From Dimargaris cristalligena (Eukaryota), in assembly GCA_003614675.1 (NCBI GenBank), contig ML002329.1:1-41293 (forward strand): 41,293 nt of DNA, read 5' to 3'. Position 1 is the stretch's first letter. Every line of letters starts with the position of its first letter. Made by a program: the position numbers and the translations under genes. Shown here one piece after another: positions 23,716 through 35,684 of this stretch. Under the pieces are notes generated by a model, which worked only from the letters and a program-made list of their open reading frames with translations, was not told the DNA's origin and made no database searches.

Positions 23716-26700
23716 TATGGGTATCGTCACGGTCTTCTATTTCGTATAAAAAACAACCAACTAGTTCCTCACGATCCCCAACTTCTTAATCCGAATAACT
23801 CTAGCAAGTGGCTGTGATCAAATAAATCCTCTTTTGAGATTCGGGGGACCTCTCGTTGGCTTCTCCGTAGGGTTGGTCTACCTGATTCTGGGCGTCTCTA
23901 GGTGAGAGAGGGCATGGTATACAGATCACCCCTTCAATTGGTTATACCTATCCTTTCTCCAGTCTAATTTAACCTCGTTAGGATAACCATAATCAGCACT
24001 AACTTACATTATTTTCATCCTCCTCGCCATTCGTGCTTCTACCCACCTGGTTGTTTATAATATAAAAAAACTCGCATCTACCTTTAATTGTCAGTCGGAG
24101 TAAAACAATATAAGCACCATATTGATTCATAAAAAGACCATGGCTGCACCGTTTGTGGGGAGACCGCCACTGCTTTGCAGCATCCGCTAGTGTTCAAAAT
24201 CCCTGGGGTGACTCTATTAGTCGAATCACTTACACTATAAATTCAATAACGACTGGGTCGCATCTGGATAGTTTTGCATATGTGCTATCCACTTAACATA
24301 TTGTAAATATACCCCTAATATGCCAGAGTTGATCCCTTACTATAATCAATTAAATGACTATTATCTTCAGTTCAAAAATATATCATGTACTCCAAAATCA
24401 GCACAGGAGCTGCATTTCACTATGCTAAACAAACCAAGGAGATATAAAACCCATTTCTAGGGTACATTATTAAAGGAGTCTGCTATTCTCTACCGCGTAC
24501 CGGTTTTGCCACGGTTTAGGGTGGTAATGTACGTAGATATCTCTTGATACCTAAGTTTATGCAGACATTTTGACCACCAATTTTGTGACTAAAAGAAAGG
24601 AGTTGTCTCATTAAATGGCCTTTGGCTAGTTCAATCCCCCCCCCCTGGCTGCCCTTACTTTACGTATTTCATTACACCATATTCCCCTTCGCCTAGTCTT
24701 CACGTCGTAATAAACCTGATAATTGGCCATTCCAAAAATGAACCAGAGATGTACGCTAAAAAAACACGAATAACTAGTCGCTATATTCTTCGTTAAATCC
24801 TACCTCGAATTGAAGTCTTAATTATGACCCTAGTATATTAGTGGTTGATCCTAACCCTGTCCCTTTCTGGACGCACAGACCTTTGCATAACCATCCGGTC
24901 TAATCACCGACCCCAGTCCAATTCGCAGGGAGTTACGAAGGTCTTACCTGAAGTTACACTAGTAAAATCCTCTGCAACCTATAGGCAGAACTTACACTCA
25001 AGAGTGTGCGATTTTAAATGACCTGCCCATTGAAAAACACCCCGTCAGCATCTTTTCATTTGATAACACCTGTCTCCTCAAACGGGCTATTCCTTATGCC
25101 GATGGGCCGAGTCCTATACATAAAAAATCGGCTTACTAATTAAACCTACGTACCCCTGTTTTTTTTTGTTGCTATAACTATTCAATGCATAATCTACACT
25201 TGCCGGACTGGGCCGCTAGGGGGTTTTATATTCGTAGTTGCCTTATCGTGAATCCTACATTTAGTATTGGTATACTATACTTTTCTGCCACTATCGAGAC
25301 TTCGGGTGTTCGTTTTATTTTTAGAGATTCCATAATAGGCCTGGCTGAACAAGAGTCCAATTGTGAAGCGATCGTCTTGGCAACAGCCCGTTGAGGTTAG
25401 GCTTCTCATTACCGACGGAAATTCCCTTTTTATTTCTCTGTATTTTTTTTGTTGTACAACCGGGCGGAATTTATTAGGGTAGCTGCTGCAATCCTCCTCC
25501 AATAGACTAATTCCATTTTATCCATTGATTTCTTAGGGACCTTGTGCACCAAGACATGTCCTCAGTGCACTGACCCGATGGGTCCGCTGAGCACTGTTTT
25601 GGTGCGCGGCCATTGTACAGGAGGGACATTGCTTCCGCTTTACGATTTTCTAGATTATCCATTTGTCCATTTCACCATTTATTTTACCCAAGCCCATGTT
25701 TAATAGCTCAGTTTATATCCCTTGGGTGGGCTTCCATTCCCCCCCCCCTGCAGGTCCCTGTTTAGAGGCATTGCTAGGCACGGCGCCACACCGTAGGCTA
25801 TTTTTAGATTTTACCCTGACGACTTTATTTGGCAGCTGCGCATCCCAAACTACACCGAATTGGAGTAGGTTTTATGTGCTGCCAACTGTTCGAGGAGATG
25901 TTAAAAATAGATACCGAAATGTCGAAACTTCCTGGTGGAATATAATAATTTTGTATCATGTTGCCCTAACACCTTCATAATATCACTCAAAATGTCGCCA
26001 AGGATTCCCCCTTGGGCCATATTATTTTCAGGGCGATGGGTATAGACCGCCCGCTCTATCCCAACGATAAAATTTGGAAGCATTTCTAGGGGAGCATCCC
26101 ACTATGAAACTCGGATGTGACGGAGTACAAAGTCGGATGCTCTACCCGCTCAGTCTAATCAGCGAGTCCAATTATAAACCAGAGTTAAGGTCCACATAAT
26201 CTTAGTCGCCGGACTACAACATATCTTATAGGCCTGCTAACCCCTCCGCTAAAACGCCAGACATCCTAGACGATACTCTAGCGGAAGCAATCTAAAGGGA
26301 GCCAAGGACTTTGTGGGACAGTTTCTACTGTTACTCTCACTGTTGTCAATTTATTGTCTATAGCCCCTCACTACATCCCCCTTACTCCATCTTTCTCTGT
26401 TTCTCTTGTGCCCATTTACTATTTTTCAAGTCGCCGGGATTATTGGCCAAACCCATTGCCTTAATCACTATCCACTTACAGACTAGCGATAGCGGGCTGT
26501 GTAGCATTCTAGTAACGGTCTTCATGTGTCCTTTCATTTTTAGTCCAAGCCCGTTTACCGATATTCATTGAGTAGTGAGTGTGAGGAATGGTGCCACGAA
26601 AAGGAGGATTCGCGAATCAAATATTTCAATTCGTAAAATGGCCCGCTGGGTGACGACTAATGGATAATTTTGCATCCATCATCCTTCTTCTCCTGTTTCG

Positions 26701-27805
26701 CCCCACTTCCCCTTCCTACCTTTGGATTAGTCAGGCCGGGGGAGGGGGTGGCGATAATAGTACGAAAAGGGCACATATGCTCACTCCAGCCGAGCACACC
26801 CTGTGCGACTTGTTGGACATTTTCGTATCACCCGCCGCCGGTGCCGTCTCTTCCGCTGGCCCCCTTTACACTTTGGGAAGCCCGTCAAGGCTGCCTTCAA
26901 TGTCCACATCGGCCCTTCTATACTCAGCCATCGGACCTTTAGGGAATCGGTAAAATAAATAGAAATAGAAATATAGTATGGCTTACAAATATAGTGTGAG
27001 TGAGGTACCTGGTCTGTCACTACTAAAAATCGAGTAGAGTATACACTATCCCTCCAGTATACTCTCCTCCCCAGCGCCCTTTTGATGTTATTCCCACCGT
27101 ATCCCTTGATATTAGGCCACTGGGCCAATGGAGAGGGATAAGTGAGCTCTTGTATTCCCCTAACGGCCTCCCTCCCTCCAAATGTTCCTCGTTATTGCAA
27201 ACGGGTTCCTAAACTAGAATTCCCATGTAACTTTCTTGGTTCGTTGTACAATTATTCATAGCAAGGCGTATGAATAAAGCGCTCAGGCGGTGGTCTTCAC
27301 TAGTTAAAGAAGGCCAACGTCGAGTGGCTTCGCTGGCCCAGCCCCTCCCTCCCCAACACAGGATGGGGGTAATACGTAAAGGGCGTTCTTCCAGATAATA
27401 TATATAAGGCAGCCAGGTGCCGTACCACTGGGGATGGAGTATCCTTTCACGGCGGTTCTCTTATGGCCCCGACATCTCTTTTTCATTTAATATCCTTACA
27501 TTCTGCCAAAACTCTAAAGAGGAGTAGTATCCATCACCTTAACGTTCTAGGGTGGTATTCGTTATATTTCTATTCGTTCCTGGTTTATCGGTTTGCATTT
27601 ACAGCTGCGTTCATTATCCCCAAGTGGATAGATTTCCTATCGACCTACTTTTCAGCAGTGCCTTACATATATATACCAGTTAAATTCTTGTTCATTCCAT
27701 TTTGGCCTTCTATTAAATATTGTTGCATTTATATATTATTCTTGGCATTTTTCATTCCCGTATATTTATCCACCATTTGCCCTTCACTGCCCGGTCACCA
27801 TCGAT

Positions 27806-29290
27806 ATGCGTCTACCTATTATTCTGACCTGTTCACTCAGTGGACTTGTTTTGCTCAGTGTGGTACAAACCACCCGAGGTGAAACCCATTCCGCACCAAC
27901 ATCCCTAGCATTTTCCCCACAATTGAGTATCCCTACTTACACTGTGGTTACCCTAACGCCTTCGCCAACCGCGGACTTACCCACCGCCATGGGTACCAAC
28001 CCCCCAACCGATGGCGCCCGTCCCACTCCGCCCCAGTCCGAGGGGCCCCTGAAACAAAGCCCACCACCATTGCCCAAACGACCGACGGATAGAGGCATCT
28101 CTACTCTGCACCAACCGTTATCCGCTATACCCAACTCCCTGGAGGTCAGCCCGGCCGGTTTGGCCATGTCCGCACAAGCCCAGATCTTATCCGAAAACGG
28201 CATTCCCGGCCCCTCTCCTTCCAAAATAAACCAAGCCGAAATGCGGAAACAGGTATGGCGGGAGTTAAACCAATTTTTGGAAAACTACCGAGCGGAATCA
28301 GCCAACAACAACAACCGTCACCAACCCACCGTACTGCCGGATACTAGACCGCCCGAGGCACATACGTCCCCCCTTCTGCAGCCCATCTTACTCTCACCTG
28401 TTCTTCAGTTTCAGAACTCTATGCAAAACATCGACCCCGTGGAAACCATTAAACAACACGATGCGACAATTCGGGAGATTGTCCAAAAGGGCATCGAAGC
28501 GATCGTCCGGAACGAAAACTCGCAAACTACCACCACGGCTAGCAACCTCGAAGATCTCGAGAAATACCCCGAAGCCATCAAGGCCGAGCTCGTTAAAGCG
28601 GTGGAGCCCATCCAGCAACGCAAAGCTTTATTCGAACAAGCCATGGCTGCGGTCATTGACCAACTGAAAATGATTAATCCCCGCATACCCCCGCTCCTTA
28701 GCGAACTAAGTCAAATGGGCAATGCCACCGATGTAGAACGCATGCGGGTAATTAATGAGCTCCGGGCCATTGCCTTGGCGAAGGGGAAGGGAGCGTTACT
28801 GTTGGGTCTAATCCCCGACGTCCAGGCCGTTTATGACGCCACCCAGAAACTGTGGGTGTGGGAAAACACCGCCGTCAAGGGTTGGCCCAACATGAAGAAA
28901 ATCCTGGATCACGACTTCCGGATCCGTTTACCCATCGAAGTGTTCAAGGCCGCTACCTTTGAGGAAGGCACGGCCCAACTCACCCTGAATCGGCGTAAGC
29001 ATGATATCAATCGCCAAATGCCCCCAATTTACCTGGAAATGGCCACCCCGCAGATCCACCATACCTCTTCGGATGCCAAACGGAATTGGTGGGAGCAGGA
29101 GCTGAGGCGCGCGGACGAAACATTCCAGGAAATGGTAGCGCTGTATAGGGTGGTTTGGGATTATTTGGAATCGATTAAGCAGTTGAAAGAACAGGCCAAG
29201 CATAATTTGCCGTTGGTCCAACAGTTGTGGGAGCTCCATAGGTACTTGTACGATGTCAAACTGAACGCGAAAACCAACTTTAAACCTTAG
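27806..29290 (+). CDS. Secreted hypothetical protein, 494 aa, Pro/Thr-rich N-terminal region and helical C-terminal region
   Basis: Long intronless ORF with signal peptide MRLPIILTCSLSGLVLLSVVQTTRG. No recognisable domain. Confidence 0.85.
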   Translation: MRLPIILTCSLSGLVLLSVVQTTRGETHSAPTSLAFSPQLSIPTYTVVTLTPSPTADLPTAMGTNPPTDGARPTPPQSEGPLKQSPPPLPKRPTDRGISTLHQPLSAIPNSLEVSPAGLAMSAQAQILSENGIPGPSPSKINQAEMRKQVWRELNQFLENYRAESANNNNRHQPTVLPDTRPPEAHTSPLLQPILLSPVLQFQNSMQNIDPVETIKQHDATIREIVQKGIEAIVRNENSQTTTTASNLEDLEKYPEAIKAELVKAVEPIQQRKALFEQAMAAVIDQLKMINPRIPPLLSELSQMGNATDVERMRVINELRAIALAKGKGALLLGLIPDVQAVYDATQKLWVWENTAVKGWPNMKKILDHDFRIRLPIEVFKAATFEEGTAQLTLNRRKHDINRQMPPIYLEMATPQIHHTSSDAKRNWWEQELRRADETFQEMVALYRVVWDYLESIKQLKEQAKHNLPLVQQLWELHRYLYDVKLNAKTNFKP

Positions 29291-29714
29291 GACTCCTACC
29301 GGTCTCAATATAATGTCCAAGGGGAGAGCTCTACCTACTCTGACTACTTGTAGCCTCAACTCTCACCTTTTCACTTGCAAGCCTGCTTCGCTTAACCAAC
29401 CCGGGATCCCGTAACAGCTCAACAATGGCCGGCAGCTACAGCCAATGTGGGCGTGACACCCACTCTATTCCTAACCTCGGAATGCCAATCAGTCCGATGG
29501 ACTTTATATTACGATTGAAAATAAGTTCATTATAAACACGATTAACCAATGAGTTGGATATATATATTACATAGAATAAATGCATTTCCAATACATCTAT
29601 AAACGTCGATACAGCGACCTCCGTGGAATTAAAATAGCTTAACTAATACTAGTTGTTGTTGTAGTAGTTTTTTTTCTTAAAAAAAAAGCTGGTATAACAT
29701 GGAGAGCGAGAGTG

Positions 29715-31286
29715 CTAGATATCCAGTGTCATGGACGATTCCAAGCGATCCATAGAGGCGGATGATGCCTCTGGACCCAATCGTCCGAATCCCTCATTTC
29801 GATCCGTATCGTTGTCCCGTTCATTAGCGTAATATTCCGCCCGTTGCTGTTTAGTTGTCGACCGCCCATTCCGCCGCCACTGGCCCCGAAACGATGCTCC
29901 GTGGTCGCCCCCACCCTCGACATCAATATCTTCATCGTCATCCTCGCTATCCGATGAGCGTCCACCCTTCCTTCCCCCGGTACTTTTTCCCTCCAGGAAC
30001 TGCTGAATATCCGGTGGAATTTCCTGCATCTGCACCGACGGGGCCCCCTGAATAGACCTTAGTTGTTCGAGTACCGTTCGACTGACGTCATTGAGATAAG
30101 CGGCGTTATTCTGGTTAGGGATCCGACCGGACAGGACGGGGTGGAGCTGGTAGTCGGGGGCGAAGAATTCGTGATAAACCGTGGGTGGTAGCTCGTTGGG
30201 CAGGTCCACATCCAAGAGGACGGACGTTTCGTAGGTCCAACAGCGGGACACATTGCGAATGGTGTAGCCCCCTCCGCCCAGCACGATGAGCGGGATGCCG
30301 AAGGATTTCGTGAAGCGGACGCATTCGCCATGGGCCGAAATATTGAGGTTGAAACAGCCCAACCGATCGCAGCCGAGGGAATCGGCCCCGCATTGCAGGA
30401 CAATAGCCGACGGGTCGAAGTTGGCGATGGTAGCCCGCATGATTTGCTTGAACAGGGCCACATAAGTGGCGTCGTCGATGCCGTCTTTGAGCGGCACGTT
30501 GACGGCGAATTGCTTGCCCATTCCGTTTCCCCGCTCGTCAATGTGTCCGGTACCGGGGAAGAATTCGCCGTCGTATTTATGGAACGACACGGTCATGACC
30601 CGGTCGGTATGGTAGAAGGCCTCTTGCACGCCGTCGCCGTGGTGGATATCGATATCCACATACAGGACCCGGGGGTGGACCCGGAGCAGCTGGAGAATGG
30701 CCAGCACGATATCATTGACGTAGCAGAAGCCAGACGCCTCGCTTTTTTTGGCGTGGTGCAGCCCCCCGGACCAATTAATGCAAATATCCGCATCGCCGCT
30801 GAGCAACCGCCGAGCTGCCGCCAGCGAAGCTCCCGCGTAGATTTTGCAGAAGTCGTACATGCCCGAGAAGATGGGGCAGTCGTCGCCGATGTTAAATTGG
30901 GAGAATGTCTTGGTGAGTTGGGCCACATTGTCGGGCGTTACGCGTTGCAGGAATTCCACATAGTCCGCGGCGTGGAACTCGCGGATCTCATCGTCCGTGG
31001 CCCAGCGCGTATGGAAGACGTCCAGATACTGGGGAAGCCCGTAGCTGGTGACGAGGTGGTTGGTGAGAGCGAGCCGATGGGGTTTCATGGGGTGTTTCTC
31101 GCCGTAATGGTAATTGGCGACTTGCTCATCGAAAAAGTAGGAGACCCGCGGTTGGGAATGGGCAGCCGTGCCGCTGGTGGTATGCCGATTCGAAGAGAAA
31201 TCGAGCTCGGGGGCCACAGGGTCCCCGCGCTTTTGGCGGGCCGACCGGCTTTGCGAACTGGAACTGAAGGTATCGCTGCGGCCCAT
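29715..31286 (-). CDS. HOS2: Class I histone deacetylase, Hos2/HDAC3-like, 523 aa
   Basis: Motifs [92 protein letters not shown]; acidic tail. Confidence 0.93.
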   Translation of the reverse strand: MGRSDTFSSSSQSRSARQKRGDPVAPELDFSSNRHTTSGTAAHSQPRVSYFFDEQVANYHYGEKHPMKPHRLALTNHLVTSYGLPQYLDVFHTRWATDDEIREFHAADYVEFLQRVTPDNVAQLTKTFSQFNIGDDCPIFSGMYDFCKIYAGASLAAARRLLSGDADICINWSGGLHHAKKSEASGFCYVNDIVLAILQLLRVHPRVLYVDIDIHHGDGVQEAFYHTDRVMTVSFHKYDGEFFPGTGHIDERGNGMGKQFAVNVPLKDGIDDATYVALFKQIMRATIANFDPSAIVLQCGADSLGCDRLGCFNLNISAHGECVRFTKSFGIPLIVLGGGGYTIRNVSRCWTYETSVLLDVDLPNELPPTVYHEFFAPDYQLHPVLSGRIPNQNNAAYLNDVSRTVLEQLRSIQGAPSVQMQEIPPDIQQFLEGKSTGGRKGGRSSDSEDDDEDIDVEGGGDHGASFRGQWRRNGRSTTKQQRAEYYANERDNDTDRNEGFGRLGPEASSASMDRLESSMTLDI

Positions 31287-33435
31287 GGGAAATGGATAGT
31301 CGAAAGGAGAGTAAAGAATTTACCAGTAATATATTGGCAAACTATGCAAAAAGGGACCAATGGTTTATATAGAAATAAGGGAACAAGGAATGGAATGAAG
31401 GAGTTCGCTTGGGTGTAAGCCTTCTAAACACGAATGGGAGGTATCGATAGAGCTACTCCCAGAAGTGGGGTAATTCATGGGAGGCGTGAAGGCTTCAGAC
31501 TGGAAGAACTTATTGTGAGCAAGGTGGAAGAATCATTCACACATAGGTTCATGCTTGGCTCATTGTTCTTAACCATCAGAGCCATTTGCGTATTTACGCT
31601 ACATAGGATCGACTTATTCGCTAAATCTATCCCGCACCCTTTCATTACAGCCTGCTTTACATTATCAAATACCATACTTATCGTGAATTATAGGGATTCC
31701 CTCTCGGATAGAAATACGAAGGAACTTATTGAATGTCGAAGCCTTCCTTGCTAATCTCCTACATAGAAACCCCGATAATGCTTGAGTATGGGTTAATCGA
31801 ATAAGCCATGAAGTTTTAGTGTCAATTAAAAGGCCTGGAATTTTCACGGGGGCGTGCGTGAGAGGATAATGGATTCGATTCACCTAATGTCCAACTGGAA
31901 TCGTGGTGATATAATCCACATGGACTTTATTTACTAATTCCAAAAAAATTATCCATTTCCCAACTTGTTTTAATGAGACTTGAAAGAAGCGGCCTTTTGA
32001 AATAACTCTAGTGGTTCGGGCTGTAACAATACGGGAGAGATTTGATTAGGCTGTATAACGAAAAACTTGCTGGGCCATGTAAATACCACTGGTTAAAAAT
32101 GAATTCCCTGTCTATTTCCCCCTACACACGCCATTTACAACCCTATTTACAACCGGACTACGTTTCTCCCATATCAACAAACCAATTTCTGTGGCAGTTT
32201 TAGGTCTCACACCTCTGTTTGTAAATAATTTAAGGTAAGTACGGGTTTTTGCTGATGTGTTTTTTATTATTATTGAGAGCTGTAGTGTCCCCAGAAGTTA
32301 TCAGCGTATACTCTGGCACCTTTCCTGTAATATCTATCTTTGTCGAAAATTATTTGGACCATTTGCCGTCTACCTGGCCCCTCTCTTCTTAGACTCCCAA
32401 TCCATTGGGAGGATCTAGCTTCAAAAGAAATGTGGATTTATTTGAATCTATAGTCTCTATCCTTATACACTATGGCTGGTCATCGATTACCAATTCTATG
32501 AGCATTTCCTCTTGGACATTTTCTACAAAACTGAGTGGATAAAATGACTTACACAGCAGTAGCCACTCTTACATTTCGAAAATAGCCAGAAATTCACGCA
32601 ACAGTAATAGGGAAGTGAAAGACATACTCAATAAAATAAGTCTAACCACATTGCCTAGTAATGTTATACATATTTGTTTAAAACAAAAACTGCCAAATCG
32701 GTCTCGATTAAGTGTAAATATATCGATGAACTCATGTATAGAAGTTCATAATACACTACTGAGGATAATGAGCCGGTGCGTGTTAATGGGTTCTATTGAT
32801 TTGGATGAAACTAAATACATAATCAGGTGCCAAATGTCCGGGTATACCGCCCATATACAATATCAAGTATGGGCACTACAAGGACAGGGAAGTGATATTT
32901 CCATCAATTTTATCCAGCGTCCTTCTTTTGATCATTGAAAACCCGTGTATTCGCAGCGTAACGTGCCCCGGTGCTCAACAAAAATAAATAATATAAGTCG
33001 GCCCACTTTGTAGTATACCCGTAGTCCTTTGGGGTGTTTCATACGTCAATTAAATGGCACTGGCGGAAACCAGCGACATGATCAAGTCAGATTTACTAGG
33101 CGAATATAGGACCAAGTAATGGGATTATTGATGTGATGATCCTAACGCTTTAAGTTTAACGAATATGCAGTTTGTGCTATTCATAATCTATTTTCTTCGT
33201 AGTTATCCCACAGTCTTCAAGTATAAATATTAGATATCTTGATCTCTTAGGCACCACTAACCTGTCACTTTGCTGTCTTCATCAATTTTATTATTGATAT
33301 TGTTTTGGCCTTCGCTTTTTTTACACTATTTCCTCGGTTCTTCATTTGGATACTAACGGCAGTTGTCTATTTTATACCCCATTGGCTTGTTGGTTTTATT
33401 ACAAAGCCCTAGTCCGACCTTCACCTTCACCAATT

Positions 33436-35031
33436 ATGTTCCGCACCATTTCCCGGTTGACCATGTTATGTTTATGTATTGCGATTATTAGCATATCGGT
33501 TTTAAATTTGGGAGTCCAAGTTTCTGGCCACCCACGCCCTGGTGGCGAAGTCCCGTCATCTAATAGTATGCCGCCATCTGAAGCGTACTCAGCCTTGGGT
33601 GGTAAAGTAAATAAGGGCTCTCAAGGAGACAATGCCCAAGATTCGCAACTCCTGTCCCTGCCTCTGGAACTATTCAATAAGCTGGTCGCCGATTTATCGT
33701 GGGAGGGACTTTGTAACCTTGCCTTGACCTCTAAAAAAGGATACTCTATGGTATTGAGCAGCTATCGAATGTAATTACTGAATAAGGTAAACATCTGAAT
33801 CACCCCCCCCCCTTCAGGACGTTAGCATATAATCAAAGACCGACCTTTCACATCATTGGGACTACGTGCCGGTTTATCGAGCGCCAGATTTTTCGACATA
33901 GTTACTGTTGCAATAGCACTTTTATATATTCTATATTTTAAGTATATCGTTACACAGTTCCTTATCTAACAATAATTTATGGTATCCTCATTTGCCCTTA
34001 TATTTCCATTTGTGGTTCAGTACAAAGATGATTTCATCAGACCTCTTTTGGAAAGTGGCCCGATGGATCCCCGTAAACTTAAATCGATTCTACCGGTGCA
34101 ACTAGATGGGGCGGTACTGAGGAATACCCGGCTTAAGGTCATGGCGACTGTGGAACCCTTGGTGCCTTTTCATTATAGCGACCAAGAGAATATTCGTCGG
34201 CAATTCCAGAATGACGCTACATTGGCCACTAAGCTAGCAAATCTCAATGATATTGCGTCGGACTGGTCGTACATTAATTACACCCAACTAACCGACCGCG
34301 AGAAATGCAAAATATTCCCGCTGATATATACGCTATCAAATATGCCTGTCGAATACACTCTGCACCTGTACAAAAAGCTGTATATTAGGGCCAACGACCG
34401 TGAATTAATTGGTGAGGCTGCCGAAATCCAGGACGACCCCTTACTAAGCTCAATCACCGAATCGTTATCTGCCCTGAACGACAGCCCTATCAGTTCCACC
34501 CTAAGTAACGAGCTGTTGTTAGGAGTCCTTGCGTCCCTTGCTGTGACCGGCCATTCCGCGCAGTTGCTCTGCTTGGGAAGTCAGGCTAGGCGGCTTCGCT
34601 TCCCTTTGTCGAAAACCATGTTGGAGTTCATGGCGCAATTGGTCCTGGAATATGGTGAACCCGAATTGCATCAGTGGGGCGTAAACCATGCTGGACTGTT
34701 GTTTCGAGCCCAAGCCAAAGCCCAACTTCTGGGCTTCCCAAGGGCCACCCAGCTGCTTCCTAATGGGAGACCCGCAATGAAATTTCAAGGGAAGCTATTC
34801 CTTGGCGAATTAAGCAGTTATAGGTTCATCTTTCCACATTGTTATGGAGACGGTACCCCTGCGCTGGCCCTTCAGGTTCGGCGATCAACAGCCACTAGGT
34901 TAGCAAGTGAATTGGGCATCCCGGGGCCTGACTCCATTCACTCGATTGGGCTCCCCCAGGCCAAAGTAATGAAGCTGCTTCAATCGGTTGATATGGAAGT
35001 GCTGACGTGGTTGGCCAATGCTGTGGATTAG
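33436..35031 (+). pseudogene. Secreted F-box-like protein, paralogue of 4819-6302, with an in-frame TAA at 33772-33774 (pseudogene unless alternatively spliced)
   Basis: join(33436..33786,34021..35031), phase-0 intron. Signal peptide MFRTISRLTMLCLCIAIISISVLNLGVQVSG-HP; F-box-like LLSLPLELFNKLVADLSWEGLCNLALTSKKGY. Exon 2 is fully open. An alternative phase-0 donor GTATTG at 33751 would skip the stop. Confidence 0.7.
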
Positions 35032-35099
35032 TACCTAGAACCCGAAGCCAACCTGGTGGAATCTCAGTTTGGGTCATCACAAAAATTCGGATGACAGAT

Positions 35100-35684
35100 T
35101 GTCGCCCAGGTTAACCACTCTTAATCCATCAAGAGTCCTGAGTATAGGCTTCTAATGGTAGGTAGGGCCTAGGCTTAGCTAAGTAGTTACTAGTATTAGG
35201 TATAGGGCACAGTACTAATAAATAAAGGCTATAGTAGGTATATGCAAGGGATATACAGTAATATACCTACTAGTTAGTACAAGGGGGAGTGAGTATATAT
35301 AGAGTTTATTAGGGTTAAATTAGGGGTAGAAATAAGTTAAGGAACCTAACCAGCCCTAATGGGGCCCAGTTATATATATATATGGGGATAACTCCAGAGG
35401 GAGGTCCTAAGGGAAGAATACTACTAAGATTAGGGGATAGGTCCATAAGCTAATTAACTAACTACTAGTATCTGGAGGGTTCTGATGGTAACTAGAAGAG
35501 TCTTTGGATCAGCACTTAAGTAATTAGTGTAAAGAGGTGGAGTCCAGATGAAGGGAAGGTTATGTAATAAGGGATGGTCCCATAGTACTAGGTATAGCCA
35601 TGGGAAAGCTAATATGGTACTATAAGGCCTAATATAATTAAATATCTAAGCTGGCTGGATTAAGGTAGATTAGATAGTCTAATA
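35100..35684 (-). mobile_element. Solo LTR, family A (585 bp), reverse orientation
   Basis: Reverse complement of the 3828 and 38751 copies. Begins TGTCGCCCAGGTTAACCACTCTTA on the + strand; the other end has decayed to ...GTCTAATA. No TSD recognised. Confidence 0.85.

Noticed and set aside
22213-23730. 213-aa and 229-aa minus-strand ORFs
   Set aside because: Antisense shadows of NMT1 caused by codon bias.
27463-27882. Hydrophobic 139-aa ORF
   Set aside because: T-rich upstream region of the 27806 gene gives spurious Phe/Ile/Tyr richness.
30330-31418. 362-aa + strand ORF
   Set aside because: Antisense shadow of the GC3-rich HDAC gene; no independent domain.
32394-32418. Hairpin CTCCCAA-TCCA-TTGGGAG followed by CTAG (Helitron-like 3' end)
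   Set aside because: Spacing to CTAG is only 3 nt, and no matching 5' end or second copy is visible.
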